A DNA stretch of 54,734 nt from Betaproteobacteria bacterium (GTDB lineage Bacteria > Pseudomonadota > Gammaproteobacteria > Burkholderiales > SG8-41): positions 1-54,734 of the forward strand of contig JAQGMV010000252.1 of the NCBI GenBank assembly GCA_028292225.1, written 5' to 3'. Below, piece by piece: positions 1-9,725 of the stretch (position 1 is the stretch's first letter; each line of letters begins with the position of its first letter). The notes below the pieces were generated by a model that was given only the letters and a program-made list of their open reading frames with translations, searched no databases and was not told the origin of the DNA. A program made the translations under genes and the position numbers.

Positions 1-820
1 CGAGGAACGCGCCGGTGAAGAGCGCCACGAGCGCGAGCATGTCGAGGTTGGTGCGGTAAGCGCGCGAGAGGCTCGCGTTACGATCCGCTTCGGCTTCCGG
101 CGTCGCGATGATCGTGCCGGCGGGGAGCAGCGGGGCGAGCTCGCGGGAGAAATCGCCGGCCGAGGTGCCGGGCTCCAGCTTGACATCGATCCGTTGCAGC
201 GCACCGACCCGTCCGAATATCCACTGCGCCTGGGCGATGTCCATCAGCGCGACGCGCTGCCGGGTGGCGCCGGCCGCAAGCAGCGCGGCAATGCGCAGCG
301 TTACTATCCTCGTGCCCGATTGCAGCCGCAGCGTGTCGTGTGGTTTCAGTCCGAGCTCATCGGCAGCGCTGCGCGAGAGCAGGACCACGTCCGGCTTCAG
401 GAGATCGAGCAGCGCGTCGCGGCTTTCGGGCAGCAGGTGCGGCTGGACCTGAAGTGCGCGAAACGGGTCGAGCCCGAGCACCTTGATCGTTTCGCGTCCG
501 CCCGCGAGCTGCGCGTCGAGCTCCACGGCCGGGCTTGCGGCGCGAACGCCGGCGCGCTTGGCAATGTAGGGATACAGCGACTCGTCGAACCCGCCGCGCG
601 GACCGCGCACGACGAGGTCGGCTTCCCCCGCGAGCGAGCGCACCGCGAGGTTGAATTCGTTCGCCGCGCTCGCATTGATGAGATGCACCGCGACGCCCAG
701 TGCGACGCCGAAAGCGATGCCGAGGATCGAGAGCGCGAGCCGTCCCGGATGATCGCGCCACGCGCTGCCCGCGCACGCCCGCAGAATCGCGAATTTCGCG
801 CGCAGCAGCGACCCCGTCAC
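1..820 (-). CDS. ABC transporter permease, FtsX/MacB-like (N-terminal part; 3' end lies beyond the window start)
   Basis: My own translation of the minus strand from GTG at 820-818 (GTGA overlap with the stop of the upstream ATPase gene) stays open to position 1. It reads VTGSLLRAKFAILRACAGSAWRDHPGRLALSILGIAFGVALGVAVHLINASAANEF..., an N-terminal TM helix then a long extracytoplasmic segment, as in FtsX-family permeases. It is absent from the ORF track because there is no stop inside the window. Confidence 0.7.
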   Translation of the reverse strand, partial: MTGSLLRAKFAILRACAGSAWRDHPGRLALSILGIAFGVALGVAVHLINASAANEFNLAVRSLAGEADLVVRGPRGGFDESLYPYIAKRAGVRAASPAVELDAQLAGGRETIKVLGLDPFRALQVQPHLLPESRDALLDLLKPDVVLLSRSAADELGLKPHDTLRLQSGTRIVTLRIAALLAAGATRQRVALMDIAQAQWIFGRVGALQRIDVKLEPGTSAGDFSRELAPLLPAGTIIATPEAEADRNASLSRAYRTNLDMLALVALFTGAFL

Positions 821-1488
821 GGGGTCTGCACCGCCAGTCCGTCCTGCGTCAGCACGTAAACGCGATCGGCGGTGCGCGCCGCCGATTCGGAATGCGTCAC
901 GAGGATGCCCCCGCCCGCGCGCTGTTTGACCTGGTTGCGCAGCAGCGTGAGCACCTGCGAGGCGGCTTCGTGATCGAGGTTGCCCGTCGGCTCGTCGGCG
1001 AGCATGAGCTGAGGTTCGTGCACGAGCGCGCGTGCGATCGCGGCGCGCTGCGCTTCGCCCCCCGAAATCGACCGCGGAAAATCATTCGCGAGCCTGGCGA
1101 TCCCCACCGCCTCGAGGATCGCGCCGACGCGGCAGTTCGCCTGGTCGCGCGGCATCTCGGCGATATCGAGCGGCAGGCGCACGTTCTGCGACACGGTCAG
1201 GTGCGGCAGCAGATGGATCGCCTGGAACACGAAACCCATGCGGTGGCGGCGTAAGCGCGTTCGCGCGTTGTCGTCGAGGTCGGAGAGGTCGGTGCCGTCG
1301 AGGACGATGCGGCCTTCGTCGGGAAGATCGAGGCCGGCGATCAGATTGAGCAGCGTCGATTTTCCCGCGCCGGATTCGCCCATGATCGCGACGAACTCGC
1401 CGTCGGCGACGGTGAGGGAGATGTCGCGCAGCACCTGGCGCGCGCGCGGCCCTGCATAGGATTTTGTGACGGCGTCGAGAGTCAGCAC
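817..1488 (-). CDS. ABC transporter ATP-binding protein (LolD/MacB-type)
   Basis: Walker A GESGAGKST, signature SGGEAQR, Walker B LMLADEPTGNLD, H-loop VTHS. GTG start. Overlaps the downstream permease by 4 nt. Confidence 0.95.
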   Translation of the reverse strand: MLTLDAVTKSYAGPRARQVLRDISLTVADGEFVAIMGESGAGKSTLLNLIAGLDLPDEGRIVLDGTDLSDLDDNARTRLRRHRMGFVFQAIHLLPHLTVSQNVRLPLDIAEMPRDQANCRVGAILEAVGIARLANDFPRSISGGEAQRAAIARALVHEPQLMLADEPTGNLDHEAASQVLTLLRNQVKQRAGGGILVTHSESAARTADRVYVLTQDGLAVQTP

Positions 1489-1619
1489 GATTGTTTCGGA
1501 AAGCCGGTGGAATCGGGGCGGGATGGTAGGCGCGAGAGCGGCGACGATGCGCAGTGAGAAACGCGGTCGATGCTATCATGCTCGCCGTTTGTGACTCAGA
1601 TCCTCCGAGGAGAATAACT

Positions 1620-2597
1620 GTGAAACCAATGACCTTGCGCGTGTGCCTGGCCGCCGCTGCCGTGATCGCAGCGCTCGGTGGCCCCGCGGCCGCACAAAGC
1701 TACCCGGCACGTCCCGTGCGCCTGATCGTTCCGTTCTCGCCCGGCGGCGCGGCGGATGTGCCTGCGCGCATCCTGGGCGACCGCCTCACCAAGGTGCTCG
1801 GCCAGCAGGTCGTCATCGAAAACCGCCCCGGCGCGGGCTCGACGATCGGTGCGGAAGCTGCGGCGAAAGCACCGCCGGACGGCTACACGCTGTTCATGAT
1901 CAGCAACACCCACTTCGTGAGCGCCGGGTTGTACAAGAAGCTCACCTACGACTCGCTGAACGATTTCACGCCGATCACCCAGATCACCGCAGCGCCGAAC
2001 ATCCTGGTCGTTCATCCGTCGCTGCCGGCGAAGAACGTCAAAGAGCTGATCGCACTCGCAAAATCGCGGCCGGGCCAGATCAACTACGCGTCCTCGGGCA
2101 ACGGTAGCACCCAGCATCTGACCGGCGCACTCTTCTGCAAGATGGCGGGCATCAATATGACGCATATCCCGTACCGCGGCAGCGGCCCGGTAACCGCCGA
2201 CCTGATCGGCGGCCAGGTGCAGGTCGGTTTTCCGGGTATCGCGGGAATGCTGCCGCACATCAAGGCGGGCAAGCTGCGTGCGCTCGGCATCAGCAGCGCC
2301 AGGCGTTCGCCTGAATTGCCGGAGGTGCCGACGATCGCGGAAGCCGGCGTCAAAGGTTACGAGATGGTCGCGTGGTTCGGAATCGCGGGGCCCAAAGGCT
2401 TGCCGCGCGACATCCAGACCCGCGTTCACGGCGACCTGCTCAAGGTGCTGAAAACGGCGGACATGCAGAAGAGCATGAGGGACGTCGGCCAGGAGGTCGC
2501 GTACCAGGAAAAACCGGAGCAATTCTACGACTTCATGAAAGTCGAAGCCGCCAAGTGGGCGAAGGTGGTGCAGGAGAGCGGCGCGAAGGTCGAGTAA
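1620..2597 (+). CDS. Bug/TctC-family tripartite tricarboxylate transporter substrate-binding protein (copy 1)
   Basis: Signal peptide ending AAAQ, then the family hallmark SYPARPVRLIVPFSPGGAADV. GAGGAG lies 7 nt upstream of GTG 1620; ATG 1629 is the alternative start. The track ORF starts too far upstream, at 1554. Confidence 0.9.
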   Translation: MKPMTLRVCLAAAAVIAALGGPAAAQSYPARPVRLIVPFSPGGAADVPARILGDRLTKVLGQQVVIENRPGAGSTIGAEAAAKAPPDGYTLFMISNTHFVSAGLYKKLTYDSLNDFTPITQITAAPNILVVHPSLPAKNVKELIALAKSRPGQINYASSGNGSTQHLTGALFCKMAGINMTHIPYRGSGPVTADLIGGQVQVGFPGIAGMLPHIKAGKLRALGISSARRSPELPEVPTIAEAGVKGYEMVAWFGIAGPKGLPRDIQTRVHGDLLKVLKTADMQKSMRDVGQEVAYQEKPEQFYDFMKVEAAKWAKVVQESGAKVE

Positions 2598-2621
2598 GCC
2601 TCGCGCAGCGAGGCTTACTCG
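2591..2621 (+). terminator. Perfect 14-bp stem / 3-nt loop hairpin that includes the TAA stop codon of the TctC gene
   Basis: cgagtaagcctcgc-gca-gcgaggcttactcg. There is no U-tract after it, so it may be a stabiliser or Rho-assisted stop rather than a classical intrinsic terminator. Confidence 0.5.
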
Positions 2622-2649
2622 ACTTCGCGCCGCGGCCGCCGTAAACGAC

Positions 2650-2677
2650 TCGGAGGGAAACCAAGGTTTCCCTCCGA
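2650..2677. repeat. REP-like palindromic unit, copy 1 (tcggagggaaacc/ggtttccctccga)
   Basis: 13-bp perfect arms. Sequence is near-identical to the unit at 2708-2740. Confidence 0.8.
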
Positions 2678-2707
2678 ACTTCGCTACGCTCGGCTCGCCC
2701 ATCACCA

Positions 2708-2740
2708 CTCGGAGGGAAAACCAAAGGTTTTCCCTCCGAG
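2708..2740. repeat. REP-like palindromic unit, copy 2 (ctcggagggaaaacc-aaa-ggttttccctccgag)
   Basis: 15-bp perfect arms. Same core GGAGGGAAA(A)CC as copy 1, in the same orientation, 58 nt downstream. Confidence 0.8.
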
Positions 2741-2795
2741 ACCTCCTTTCCTTTAGGCTTGCTTACCGGCAAGCTCACTGTTCAAGAGGAACGAT

Positions 2796-4223
2796 ATGTA
2801 TGAAAAACTAGCGATGTACATCGATGGCGCGTTCGTCGAAGCCGAAGGCCGCAAGACCGAGCCTGTAGTGAACCCTGCGAGCGGAGAAGTGCTCGGGCAG
2901 CTCCCTCACGCGAGTCGCGAGGATCTGGACCGTGCGCTTGCCGCTGCGCAGCGCGCTTTCGAGAAATGGAAGAAGACTTCGCCGCTCGAGCGCTCGGCCG
3001 TTTTGCGCAAAGTGGCCGAGCTCGCACGCGAGCGCGCGGAGTCGATCGGACGCAACATCACGCTCGACCAGGGAAAGCCGCTGGCCGAATCGATCGGTGA
3101 GGTCATGGTGTGTGCCGAGCACGCCGAATGGCACGCCGAAGAGTGCCGCCGCATCTACGGTCGTGTCATTCCGCCTCGCCGTTCCGACGTGCGGCAGTTC
3201 GTGCTGCGCGAGCCGGTCGGGGTGTGCGCTGCATTTACCCCGTGGAATTTCCCGTTCAACCAGGCGATCCGAAAGATGGTCGCCGCGATCGGCGCGGGTT
3301 GCACGCTCGTCCTGAAAGGACCCGAAAGCTCGCCGAGCGCGGTTGTCGCGCTGGCGCGACTCTTTCACGATGCCGGCCTGCCGGCCGGATGTCTGAACAT
3401 CGTGTGGGGTGTTCCCGCCGAGATCTCGGAATATCTGATCAAGTCGCCGATCGTGCGCAAGGTGTCGTTCACCGGTTCGATACCCGTGGGCAAGCAGCTC
3501 GCTGCGCTCGCGGGTGCGCACATGAAGCGCGGTACCTGGGAGCTCGGCGGGCATTCACCCGTGCTCGTGTTCGACGACGCGAACGTCGAGCAGGCCGCGG
3601 TCACGCTGGCGAAGCTCAAGATACGCAACGCGGGGCAGGTGTGCGTATCGCCGTCGCGCTTTTACGTGCAGAGCAGGATCTACGATCGCTTCGCTGCGAA
3701 ATTCGTCGAGACGATCAAAGCGATCAGCGTGGGCAACGGTCTGGACAAGGCGACGCAGATGGGGCCGCTCGCTCACGCGCGCCGTGTCGACGTGATGCAG
3801 GCTTTCGTCGAAGACGCGGTGTCCCACGGCGGCGAGATCGTCGCCGGAGGCGCGCGTCTGAAAGGCTCTGGATTTTTCTTTCCGCCGACCGTCATCACAG
3901 GCCTTCCCGATCACGCCAAGCTGATGACCGACGAGCCTTTCGGTCCGATCGCGCCGCTCGTGCCGTTCACCGACCCGGAAGACGCGATCCGGCGAGCGAA
4001 CAGCCTGCCTTTCGGCCTGTCCGCTTACGTGTTCACCGAATCGCTGAAGACTGCGACGTATGCAGCCAACGCGCTCGAATCCGGTATGGTCAACATCAAC
4101 CACTTCGGCAGCGCACTCTCGGAGACGCCTTTCGGCGGGGTGAAGGAAAGCGGCATCGGCAGTGAAGGCGGGACCGAGACCTTCGATGGCTATCTGGTCA
4201 CTAAATTCGTGACCCAGATTTAG
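2796..4223 (+). CDS. NAD(P)-dependent aldehyde dehydrogenase (succinate-semialdehyde-DH-like)
   Basis: 475 aa. Contains FTGSIPVGK, the catalytic Glu region WELGGHSP and the catalytic Cys in [20 protein letters not shown] upstream of the ATG. Confidence 0.95.
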   Translation: MYEKLAMYIDGAFVEAEGRKTEPVVNPASGEVLGQLPHASREDLDRALAAAQRAFEKWKKTSPLERSAVLRKVAELARERAESIGRNITLDQGKPLAESIGEVMVCAEHAEWHAEECRRIYGRVIPPRRSDVRQFVLREPVGVCAAFTPWNFPFNQAIRKMVAAIGAGCTLVLKGPESSPSAVVALARLFHDAGLPAGCLNIVWGVPAEISEYLIKSPIVRKVSFTGSIPVGKQLAALAGAHMKRGTWELGGHSPVLVFDDANVEQAAVTLAKLKIRNAGQVCVSPSRFYVQSRIYDRFAAKFVETIKAISVGNGLDKATQMGPLAHARRVDVMQAFVEDAVSHGGEIVAGGARLKGSGFFFPPTVITGLPDHAKLMTDEPFGPIAPLVPFTDPEDAIRRANSLPFGLSAYVFTESLKTATYAANALESGMVNINHFGSALSETPFGGVKESGIGSEGGTETFDGYLVTKFVTQI

Positions 4224-4368
4224 GGCCGCGCGCGCTGACACCACGTGGTGAATCGCCGCCGCCCGTGACTGTCGGCACGTCGGTTGCCTCTTTCCAGACA
4301 GGTCCCCGACCGGTTTTCCACGAATTGTCCGGCTCAGGGTGACCAGGGCCCGGGGCGGCCACACCCGC

Positions 4369-4407
4369 CCCGGGCTCTTCTTTTGCGCCGCAAAAGAAGA
4401 GCCCGGG
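4369..4407. terminator. 39-nt near-perfect palindrome (19-bp arms, 1-nt centre) between the convergent ALDH and recQ genes
   Basis: cccgggctcttcttttgcg-c-cgcaaaagaagagcccggg. Extendable by 4 more bp with one bulge. Probable bidirectional terminator. Confidence 0.55.
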
Positions 4408-4603
4408 CGGGCGCTACGTTCGACCCGGCAAAGCACATACCAAACGCTTGACGCAAAACATAGGATCTCCTGTCCTTTGGCCCGCTGCGCCCGCCCCGCC
4501 CTGAACCAATCGGGGACAGACCCCGATTTACGACTGTGGAAATCGGGGTGTGCTCCCGTCGAGCGAAGGGGCTGGCGCCGGTTTGAACCGAGGGGAGGCG
4601 GGG

Positions 4604-6403
4604 TCAGCCGCGGATGACGCAGAGCACTGCGGGGCCGTAGCGCTCCAGCTTCTTTGCGCCGATGCCGCTGATGGTGGCGAGCGCGGTGAGATCTTCGGGT
4701 TGCTCTGCGGCTATCGCCGCGAGGGTGCTGTCGTGAAAGATGACGTAGGCGGGTACCGACTGCTCGCGCGCTTCGTTCGCGCGCCAGGCTTTCAGGCGGC
4801 CGAGTAGCGCCTCGTCGGCGCCGGCAGGAAGCGCTGCCTGGACACGCTTGCGCGAGGAACCCCGGGCGCGCGTCACGGTGCGCCGCATTTCGACCGGCTT
4901 CTCGCCTTTGAGGACCGCGCGGCTTTGCTCGGTGAGACGCAGCGCGCCGTAGGCCTCGTGGTCGGGGCGAGCGAAACCGAGCGCGACGAGCTGCCTGAAG
5001 ACGTTGCGCCATGCATCGTCGTCGAGATCGGCTCCGATACCGAAGACGCTGAGCTTGTCGTGGTCCCATTGCGTCATGCGATCGGTGATCCGGCCTCGCA
5101 GAACGTCGATGAGGTGTCCCGCGCCGAAACGCTGGCCAGTGCGGTACATGCACGAGAGCGCCTTGCGCGCGGCTTCGGTCGCGTCCCACGTCTCCGGAGG
5201 CTCCAGACACGTATCGCAGTTGCCGCACGCGGCCGAAGCTTCTCCGAAATACTCGAGGAGCCGCACGCGCCGGCACGCCGCGCTTTCGCACAGGCCGAGC
5301 AGCGCCTCGAGCTTGGTGAGCGACACGCGCTTGTAGGCTTCGCTGCCTTCGGACTGGTCGATCATCCGCCGCTGCTGAACCACGTCGCCGAGGCCGTAAG
5401 CCATCCACGCGTCGGCAGGCAGCCCGTCGCGGCCCGCGCGGCCGGTTTCCTGGTAGTAGCCTTCGATGCTCTTGGGCAGATCGAGGTGCGCGACGAAGCG
5501 CACGTCGGGTTTGTCGATACCCATGCCGAACGCGATCGTCGCCACGACGACGATGCCCTCGTCGCTCTGGAAGCGCCCTTGGTGCGCCGAACGGCTCGCG
5601 GTATCCATTCCGGCGTGATAGGGCAGGGCGCGCACCCCTTGTGTCGCGAGCCACGCAGCCGTCTCGTCGACTTTTTTTCGCGACAGGCAGTAGACGATTC
5701 CCGATTCGCCCGGGTGCTCTTCACGGATGAAGCGCAGAAGCTGGGTGCGGGCATCGCTCTTGTCGACGATGCGATAGCGGATGTTCGGCCGGTCGAAGCT
5801 CGAGATGAAGACCTGCGCCTCATCGAGGGCGAGGCGATGAATGATCTCTTCACGCGTCTGCGGATCCGCGGTTGCCGTGAGCGCAATCCGCGGTACCGAA
5901 GGAAAGCGCTCGTGCAGGAGCGAGAGCTGGAGATACTCCGGCCGGAAATCGTGGCCCCACTGCGAGACGCAGTGCGCTTCGTCGATCGCAAAGAGCGCAA
6001 TCCGGGACTGGGCGAGCGCGTCCAGCATCCGCGGCATCACGAGCCGCTCGGGTGCGACGTACAGGAGATCGAGCTTGCCGGCACACAGCGCGCGCTCGGT
6101 CTCGAAGGCAGCCCGGGCGTCCAGCGATGAATTGAGGAACGCCGCGCGCACGCCGAGCTGCGTCAGCGCGGCGACCTGGTCCTGCATGAGCGCGATCAGC
6201 GGCGATACGACGAGCGCCGTGCCGTCGCGCAGCAGGGCCGGAAGCTGATAGCACAGCGACTTGCCGCCGCCTGTAGGCATCAGCACGAGCGCATCACCGC
6301 CGCCGGTGACGTGCGAGACGATTTCTTCCTGCCTGCCGCGGAAAGCCGGATGGCCGAAAGTGGTCTGGAGCAGATGAAGTGCGGGGTTTTCGGGAGAGGG
6401 CAT
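4604..6403 (-). CDS. recQ: ATP-dependent DNA helicase RecQ
   Basis: 599 aa. Motif [20 protein letters not shown] box [20 protein letters not shown], RecQ-Ct zinc cysteines ([12 protein letters not shown]...CGNCDTC), and a C-terminal HRDC-like region. Confidence 0.97.
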   Translation of the reverse strand: MPSPENPALHLLQTTFGHPAFRGRQEEIVSHVTGGGDALVLMPTGGGKSLCYQLPALLRDGTALVVSPLIALMQDQVAALTQLGVRAAFLNSSLDARAAFETERALCAGKLDLLYVAPERLVMPRMLDALAQSRIALFAIDEAHCVSQWGHDFRPEYLQLSLLHERFPSVPRIALTATADPQTREEIIHRLALDEAQVFISSFDRPNIRYRIVDKSDARTQLLRFIREEHPGESGIVYCLSRKKVDETAAWLATQGVRALPYHAGMDTASRSAHQGRFQSDEGIVVVATIAFGMGIDKPDVRFVAHLDLPKSIEGYYQETGRAGRDGLPADAWMAYGLGDVVQQRRMIDQSEGSEAYKRVSLTKLEALLGLCESAACRRVRLLEYFGEASAACGNCDTCLEPPETWDATEAARKALSCMYRTGQRFGAGHLIDVLRGRITDRMTQWDHDKLSVFGIGADLDDDAWRNVFRQLVALGFARPDHEAYGALRLTEQSRAVLKGEKPVEMRRTVTRARGSSRKRVQAALPAGADEALLGRLKAWRANEAREQSVPAYVIFHDSTLAAIAAEQPEDLTALATISGIGAKKLERYGPAVLCVIRG

Positions 6404-6548
6404 GCTCGAGCGCGCAGGTGCAGGCGAGGGTTGCTCGCGCTACGGATTATATCGGCGTGCACGGGCTTGCATCGGCGGAAGAAACATCAGCGCGAAGAAA
6501 ACCTCAGACGGCCGCGCTTGTGTCAGGTCGGGGTGTAGGCGGGTGAGC

Positions 6549-7439
6549 TCAGGCGGCAGCCCGGGCAGGCCACATCTCGGCGAGACCGTCCGCGTCGGTC
6601 GCGGTGATCGTCGTGCGCACCATGTGGCGAGGCTTGTCGGCTGGCCATGGACGCCCGCGATGCAGGCCCGCGCGATTGTCCCACATGATCACGTCGCCTG
6701 CGCGCCAGCGATGCTGATACGTGTGACCCTCTGCGGTAGCGAGAGCGGTGAGCTCGGCGATGAGTGCCTGCGCTGCGTCGTCAGTCATGCTGTCGATCGC
6801 AAAGGTGTGAGAAGCGATATAGAGCGCATCACGGCCGTTCTCAGGATTGCGCCAGCGCATGCGCCACGACACCGGCGGCATTGCGGCCTTCTCGCGCTCG
6901 GACGCGAGCTGCGGCGCGATCTTGCCGCGCGAGTGGGCATAGTCGTGCCACGCATAAGCGTGCTCGAGCTTCACTCGCAGCGACGCCGGGAGGCGATCCC
7001 ACGCCAGCCGGGTGGAAGCGAATTCGGTCTCGCCGCCGCTCGGCGGGACGATGCGCGCCGAGAGCACCGATGCGAGCGCCGGCGGGATCTTGAAACAGCT
7101 GTCGGTGTGCCAGAGCTGGTTCGCCTTCGCGCGCAGCTCTTCCTTGTGCCCGGGCGGGACGAGCCCACCGGTCGCGCGATCGATGTTGGTCAGGATGCTG
7201 TACGGCGTGCCTTCGCCGAGCGAAGCGGCCTTGGCGGTCTCCAGAGGGCCGAAGCGTTTCGAGTACGCGGCCTGGAGCTCGTCGGTGACGGGTTGATCGC
7301 GAAAGAGCAGCACCGAGTGCTCCTCGAATGCCGCCCGGACCAAGGCATAAGCGTCGTCGCGCTCGGCGACGTCTTTGAGGCCGACGCCTCGCAGCTCAGC
7401 AAAAAAACCGGGCCCGAGCTGCTCGACTTCTATGCCCAT
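6549..7439 (-). CDS. TauD/TfdA-family Fe(II)/2-oxoglutarate-dependent dioxygenase
   Basis: 296 aa. His-x-Asp in LWHTDSCF, GGETEF, and the distal His in WDNRAGLHRGRP. Confidence 0.85.
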   Translation of the reverse strand: MGIEVEQLGPGFFAELRGVGLKDVAERDDAYALVRAAFEEHSVLLFRDQPVTDELQAAYSKRFGPLETAKAASLGEGTPYSILTNIDRATGGLVPPGHKEELRAKANQLWHTDSCFKIPPALASVLSARIVPPSGGETEFASTRLAWDRLPASLRVKLEHAYAWHDYAHSRGKIAPQLASEREKAAMPPVSWRMRWRNPENGRDALYIASHTFAIDSMTDDAAQALIAELTALATAEGHTYQHRWRAGDVIMWDNRAGLHRGRPWPADKPRHMVRTTITATDADGLAEMWPARAAA

Positions 7440-7443
7440 CGCT

Positions 7444-8241
7444 TCACGCCGCGTAGTTGGGGTCTTCGCGGTCGAGCTTGCGGCGCAGCGCTGCCCACAG
7501 GAGCTTTCCGCCGGCGCCGCGGCCGCCGAGGCTCAGCTCGCGTCCCTGCTGCACCGTATAGTCGACGATCTCGCTCGGGATCGGATTCGGCTCGGCGCCG
7601 CCGGTGAGTGTGGCGAGCTGGAACCGGCACGCGCGCTCGATGCGGTTCATGCGCGCGAAGGCTTCGGCGACGGTCGCACCAACCGTGAGCGTTCCGTGAT
7701 TGCGCAGGATGAGCATCGTGCCGTCGCCGAGATCCTCGACGATTCGTGCCCGCTCGTCTTCGGCATCGGCGACGCCTTCGTAGCCGTGATAGCGCACTTC
7801 GCCCAGACAGGTGAGCGCCATCTGCGTGATCGGCAGCAGGCCCTGCTTCTGCGACGAGACGCCCACGCCTGCGCTGGTGTGGCAGTGCATGACGCAGTGC
7901 GCGTCGCTTGATGCCATGTGAACCGCGCTGTGGATCACGAAGCCAGCGCGATTGACCTCGTACTGCGACTCGGAGAGCTTGTTGCCGTCGACGTCGATCT
8001 TCACCAGCGAAGACGCGGTGATCTCGTCGAAGAGCAGGCCGTAGGGGTTGATCAGGAATTGATCTTCGGCGCCGGGCACGCGAAGCGAAAAATGGGTGCC
8101 GAGCATGTCGGTCCAGCCCAGGCTCGCGGCGATGCGAAACGCGGCTGCGAGCTCGCAGCGCGCTTCCCATTCCGCGGCGCTGATGCCGCGCGGCACGCGG
8201 GGCGGGCGGATACGGGTGACGGTCGATTTCTTGGCGGGCAT
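7444..8241 (-). CDS. Class II aldolase/adducin-family protein
   Basis: 265 aa. Has the metal-binding His cluster typical of the family (IHSAVH...VMHCHTSAG). Lies 4 nt upstream of the dioxygenase gene, so a probable operon. Confidence 0.85.
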   Translation of the reverse strand: MPAKKSTVTRIRPPRVPRGISAAEWEARCELAAAFRIAASLGWTDMLGTHFSLRVPGAEDQFLINPYGLLFDEITASSLVKIDVDGNKLSESQYEVNRAGFVIHSAVHMASSDAHCVMHCHTSAGVGVSSQKQGLLPITQMALTCLGEVRYHGYEGVADAEDERARIVEDLGDGTMLILRNHGTLTVGATVAEAFARMNRIERACRFQLATLTGGAEPNPIPSEIVDYTVQQGRELSLGGRGAGGKLLWAALRRKLDREDPNYAA

Positions 8242-8370
8242 GTCAGGGCTCCGGGTGCGTAGCCCTCAAGATTAATGCGATAGGACGGCTCAGGCAAATT
8301 GCACGCAGGCAGGACCACATCGTGATCGGGGCGGAAAGCAGCGGTGAGAGCCGCCTCATCGGGCGCCGTA

Positions 8371-8407
8371 AACATAAGGGGCAAACCTGACGTCTGCCCC
8401 TTATGTT
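8371..8407 (-). terminator. 13-bp perfect-stem hairpin downstream of the EF-hand gene
   Basis: aacataaggggca-11 nt loop-tgccccttatgtt. On the minus strand the stem is followed by a T-rich run (tgttt). Confidence 0.5.
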
Positions 8408-8444
8408 GCCATCGGTCGTTCAGCCCGGCCGACTCCAGCGCGCG

Positions 8445-9206
8445 TCAGCGCGGCCCATACACGGTGCCTGACGGCGTTGCGTAAGTCCCGCCTACACCCG
8501 AGCGGAAGAGATAGTCCGCTTCGGTGCGACTGAGGAACCCGTCGCGATTGGTGTCGTACCGATCGAACGTGAGCGGGTTCGCGATCGCCGCGGCTTCGGC
8601 TCGCGACAGGAAGCCGTCGCGATTCACGTCGAGCGACTCGAAGCTGACCACGGGTGCGGGCACGGTACGCGGCCCCGCATAGCGGTCCGAAGACATCAGG
8701 GGCGCGGCTTCGGCGCGGCTGAGGAAACCGTCGCGATCGAGGTCGAGCGATTCGAACGACATGACCGCCGGCCCGGCGGCGCGGCTCTGAAGGTACTGAA
8801 GGTGCGGTGTGGCTTCGGTCAGCGAGATGAAGCCGTCGCGATTGGTATCGAACGCCTCGAACGATCCGCCGGGAACGTTATTGAACGTGGCACCTGCTTC
8901 CGCCCGGCTGAGGAAGCTGTCGCCGTTGGTGTCCAGTCTTCTGAACATCTCCGCAGCGGTCTCGACGGAGACAGCAGCAACGCCCGCGGGCAGGTTGAGC
9001 GGCGCGGCTTCGGCGCGGCTCAGAAAGCCGTCGCGGTTGGTGTCGAGCCTGTCGAACAGCGCCGCCGGGTTTTCCACGGCGACGGGACCGCCGGAAGTGT
9101 AGACGCTCGTACCCATCGGATCGTATGGCGCGCACGCGGTCAGTGCGGCTGCGCAGGCGACAGGCAGCAGCGCGAGGCGGTAAGTGCTTTTCAGGCCGGT
9201 TTTCAT
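8445..9206 (-). CDS. Lipoprotein with six EF-hand Ca2+-binding loops
   Basis: Signal peptide plus lipobox (AALTAC). Six loops: DTNRDGFLSRAE, DTNGDSFLSRAE, DTNRDGFISLTE, DLDRDGFLSRAE, DVNRDGFLSRAE, DTNRDGFLSRTE. GAGGAG RBS 6 nt upstream of the ATG. Confidence 0.9.
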   Translation of the reverse strand: MKTGLKSTYRLALLPVACAAALTACAPYDPMGTSVYTSGGPVAVENPAALFDRLDTNRDGFLSRAEAAPLNLPAGVAAVSVETAAEMFRRLDTNGDSFLSRAEAGATFNNVPGGSFEAFDTNRDGFISLTEATPHLQYLQSRAAGPAVMSFESLDLDRDGFLSRAEAAPLMSSDRYAGPRTVPAPVVSFESLDVNRDGFLSRAEAAAIANPLTFDRYDTNRDGFLSRTEADYLFRSGVGGTYATPSGTVYGPR

Positions 9207-9299
9207 GAAGGTCTCCTCGTGATAGTTCGGAAAACCCTCTGAAGGACCAAGTTTCGTGCCTGAACCCGCGTGGACCGGACTTAGTGCCTGTCGCTGCGC

Positions 9300-9725
9300 T
9301 CAGGAGGTGATGGAAGTGCGTTTGACGAGCAGCTCGATCACGTTGCGCCCCTCCCGCCTGGCATAACTGCGATCCGATGAGAGCTCGTTGAGAAAGACGA
9401 TCCCGAGCCCGCCGACGGGGCGGTCTTCGGGCACGGCTGCATCGAGATCGGGTTCGTCGGCGAGGAAGGGGTTGTACGCGGCCGCGCAATCCTCGTACAC
9501 GAGCCTGCAGCCGTGGGAGTGTATGTCTATCGTGAGCCACACCGGCTGGTCGGAGTCGCCGCCGTAGCCGTGGTAGACGCTGTTGGCGAAGAGCTCTTCG
9601 ACGAGCAGCACGGCGCGTTCGCGCTCGTCGTGCTCGAGGCTCGCGCACGCGGCGTCGATGAACGCGCGGATGGCGTCGAACTCCGCCTGTTTCGCGGTGA
9701 AGCGTCGCGTTTCCGGACTATTCAC
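9300..9725 (-). CDS. RsbW/SpoIIAB-type anti-sigma regulatory factor (HATPase_c serine kinase)
   Basis: 141 aa. N-box EELFANSVYHG and G-box PVGGLGIVFL. GTG start with GGGAG upstream. Confidence 0.8.
   Translation of the reverse strand: MNSPETRRFTAKQAEFDAIRAFIDAACASLEHDERERAVLLVEELFANSVYHGYGGDSDQPVWLTIDIHSHGCRLVYEDCAAAYNPFLADEPDLDAAVPEDRPVGGLGIVFLNELSSDRSYARREGRNVIELLVKRTSITS

Noticed and set aside
4439-4486. 15-codon mini-ORF on the minus strand (MFCVKRLVCALPGRT) with a GGAG 6 nt upstream, in the ALDH-recQ spacer.
   Set aside because: It is too short to support without conservation or ribosome-profiling data, and it lies downstream of recQ with no promoter evidence.
3555-5654. 699-aa minus-strand ORF. 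Similar giants occur at 10101-12200 (-), 11012-12505 (+), 31308-33830 (-), 36878-38158 (+), 41575-42795 (-) and 49737-51074 (-).
   Set aside because: All lie opposite or out of frame with genes that have strong family motifs (ALDH/recQ, CHASE2-PP2C, ligD, DEAD-box helicase, trpS, MFP/RND). Their compositions are dominated by R/A/G/P, and none has RBS or motif support.
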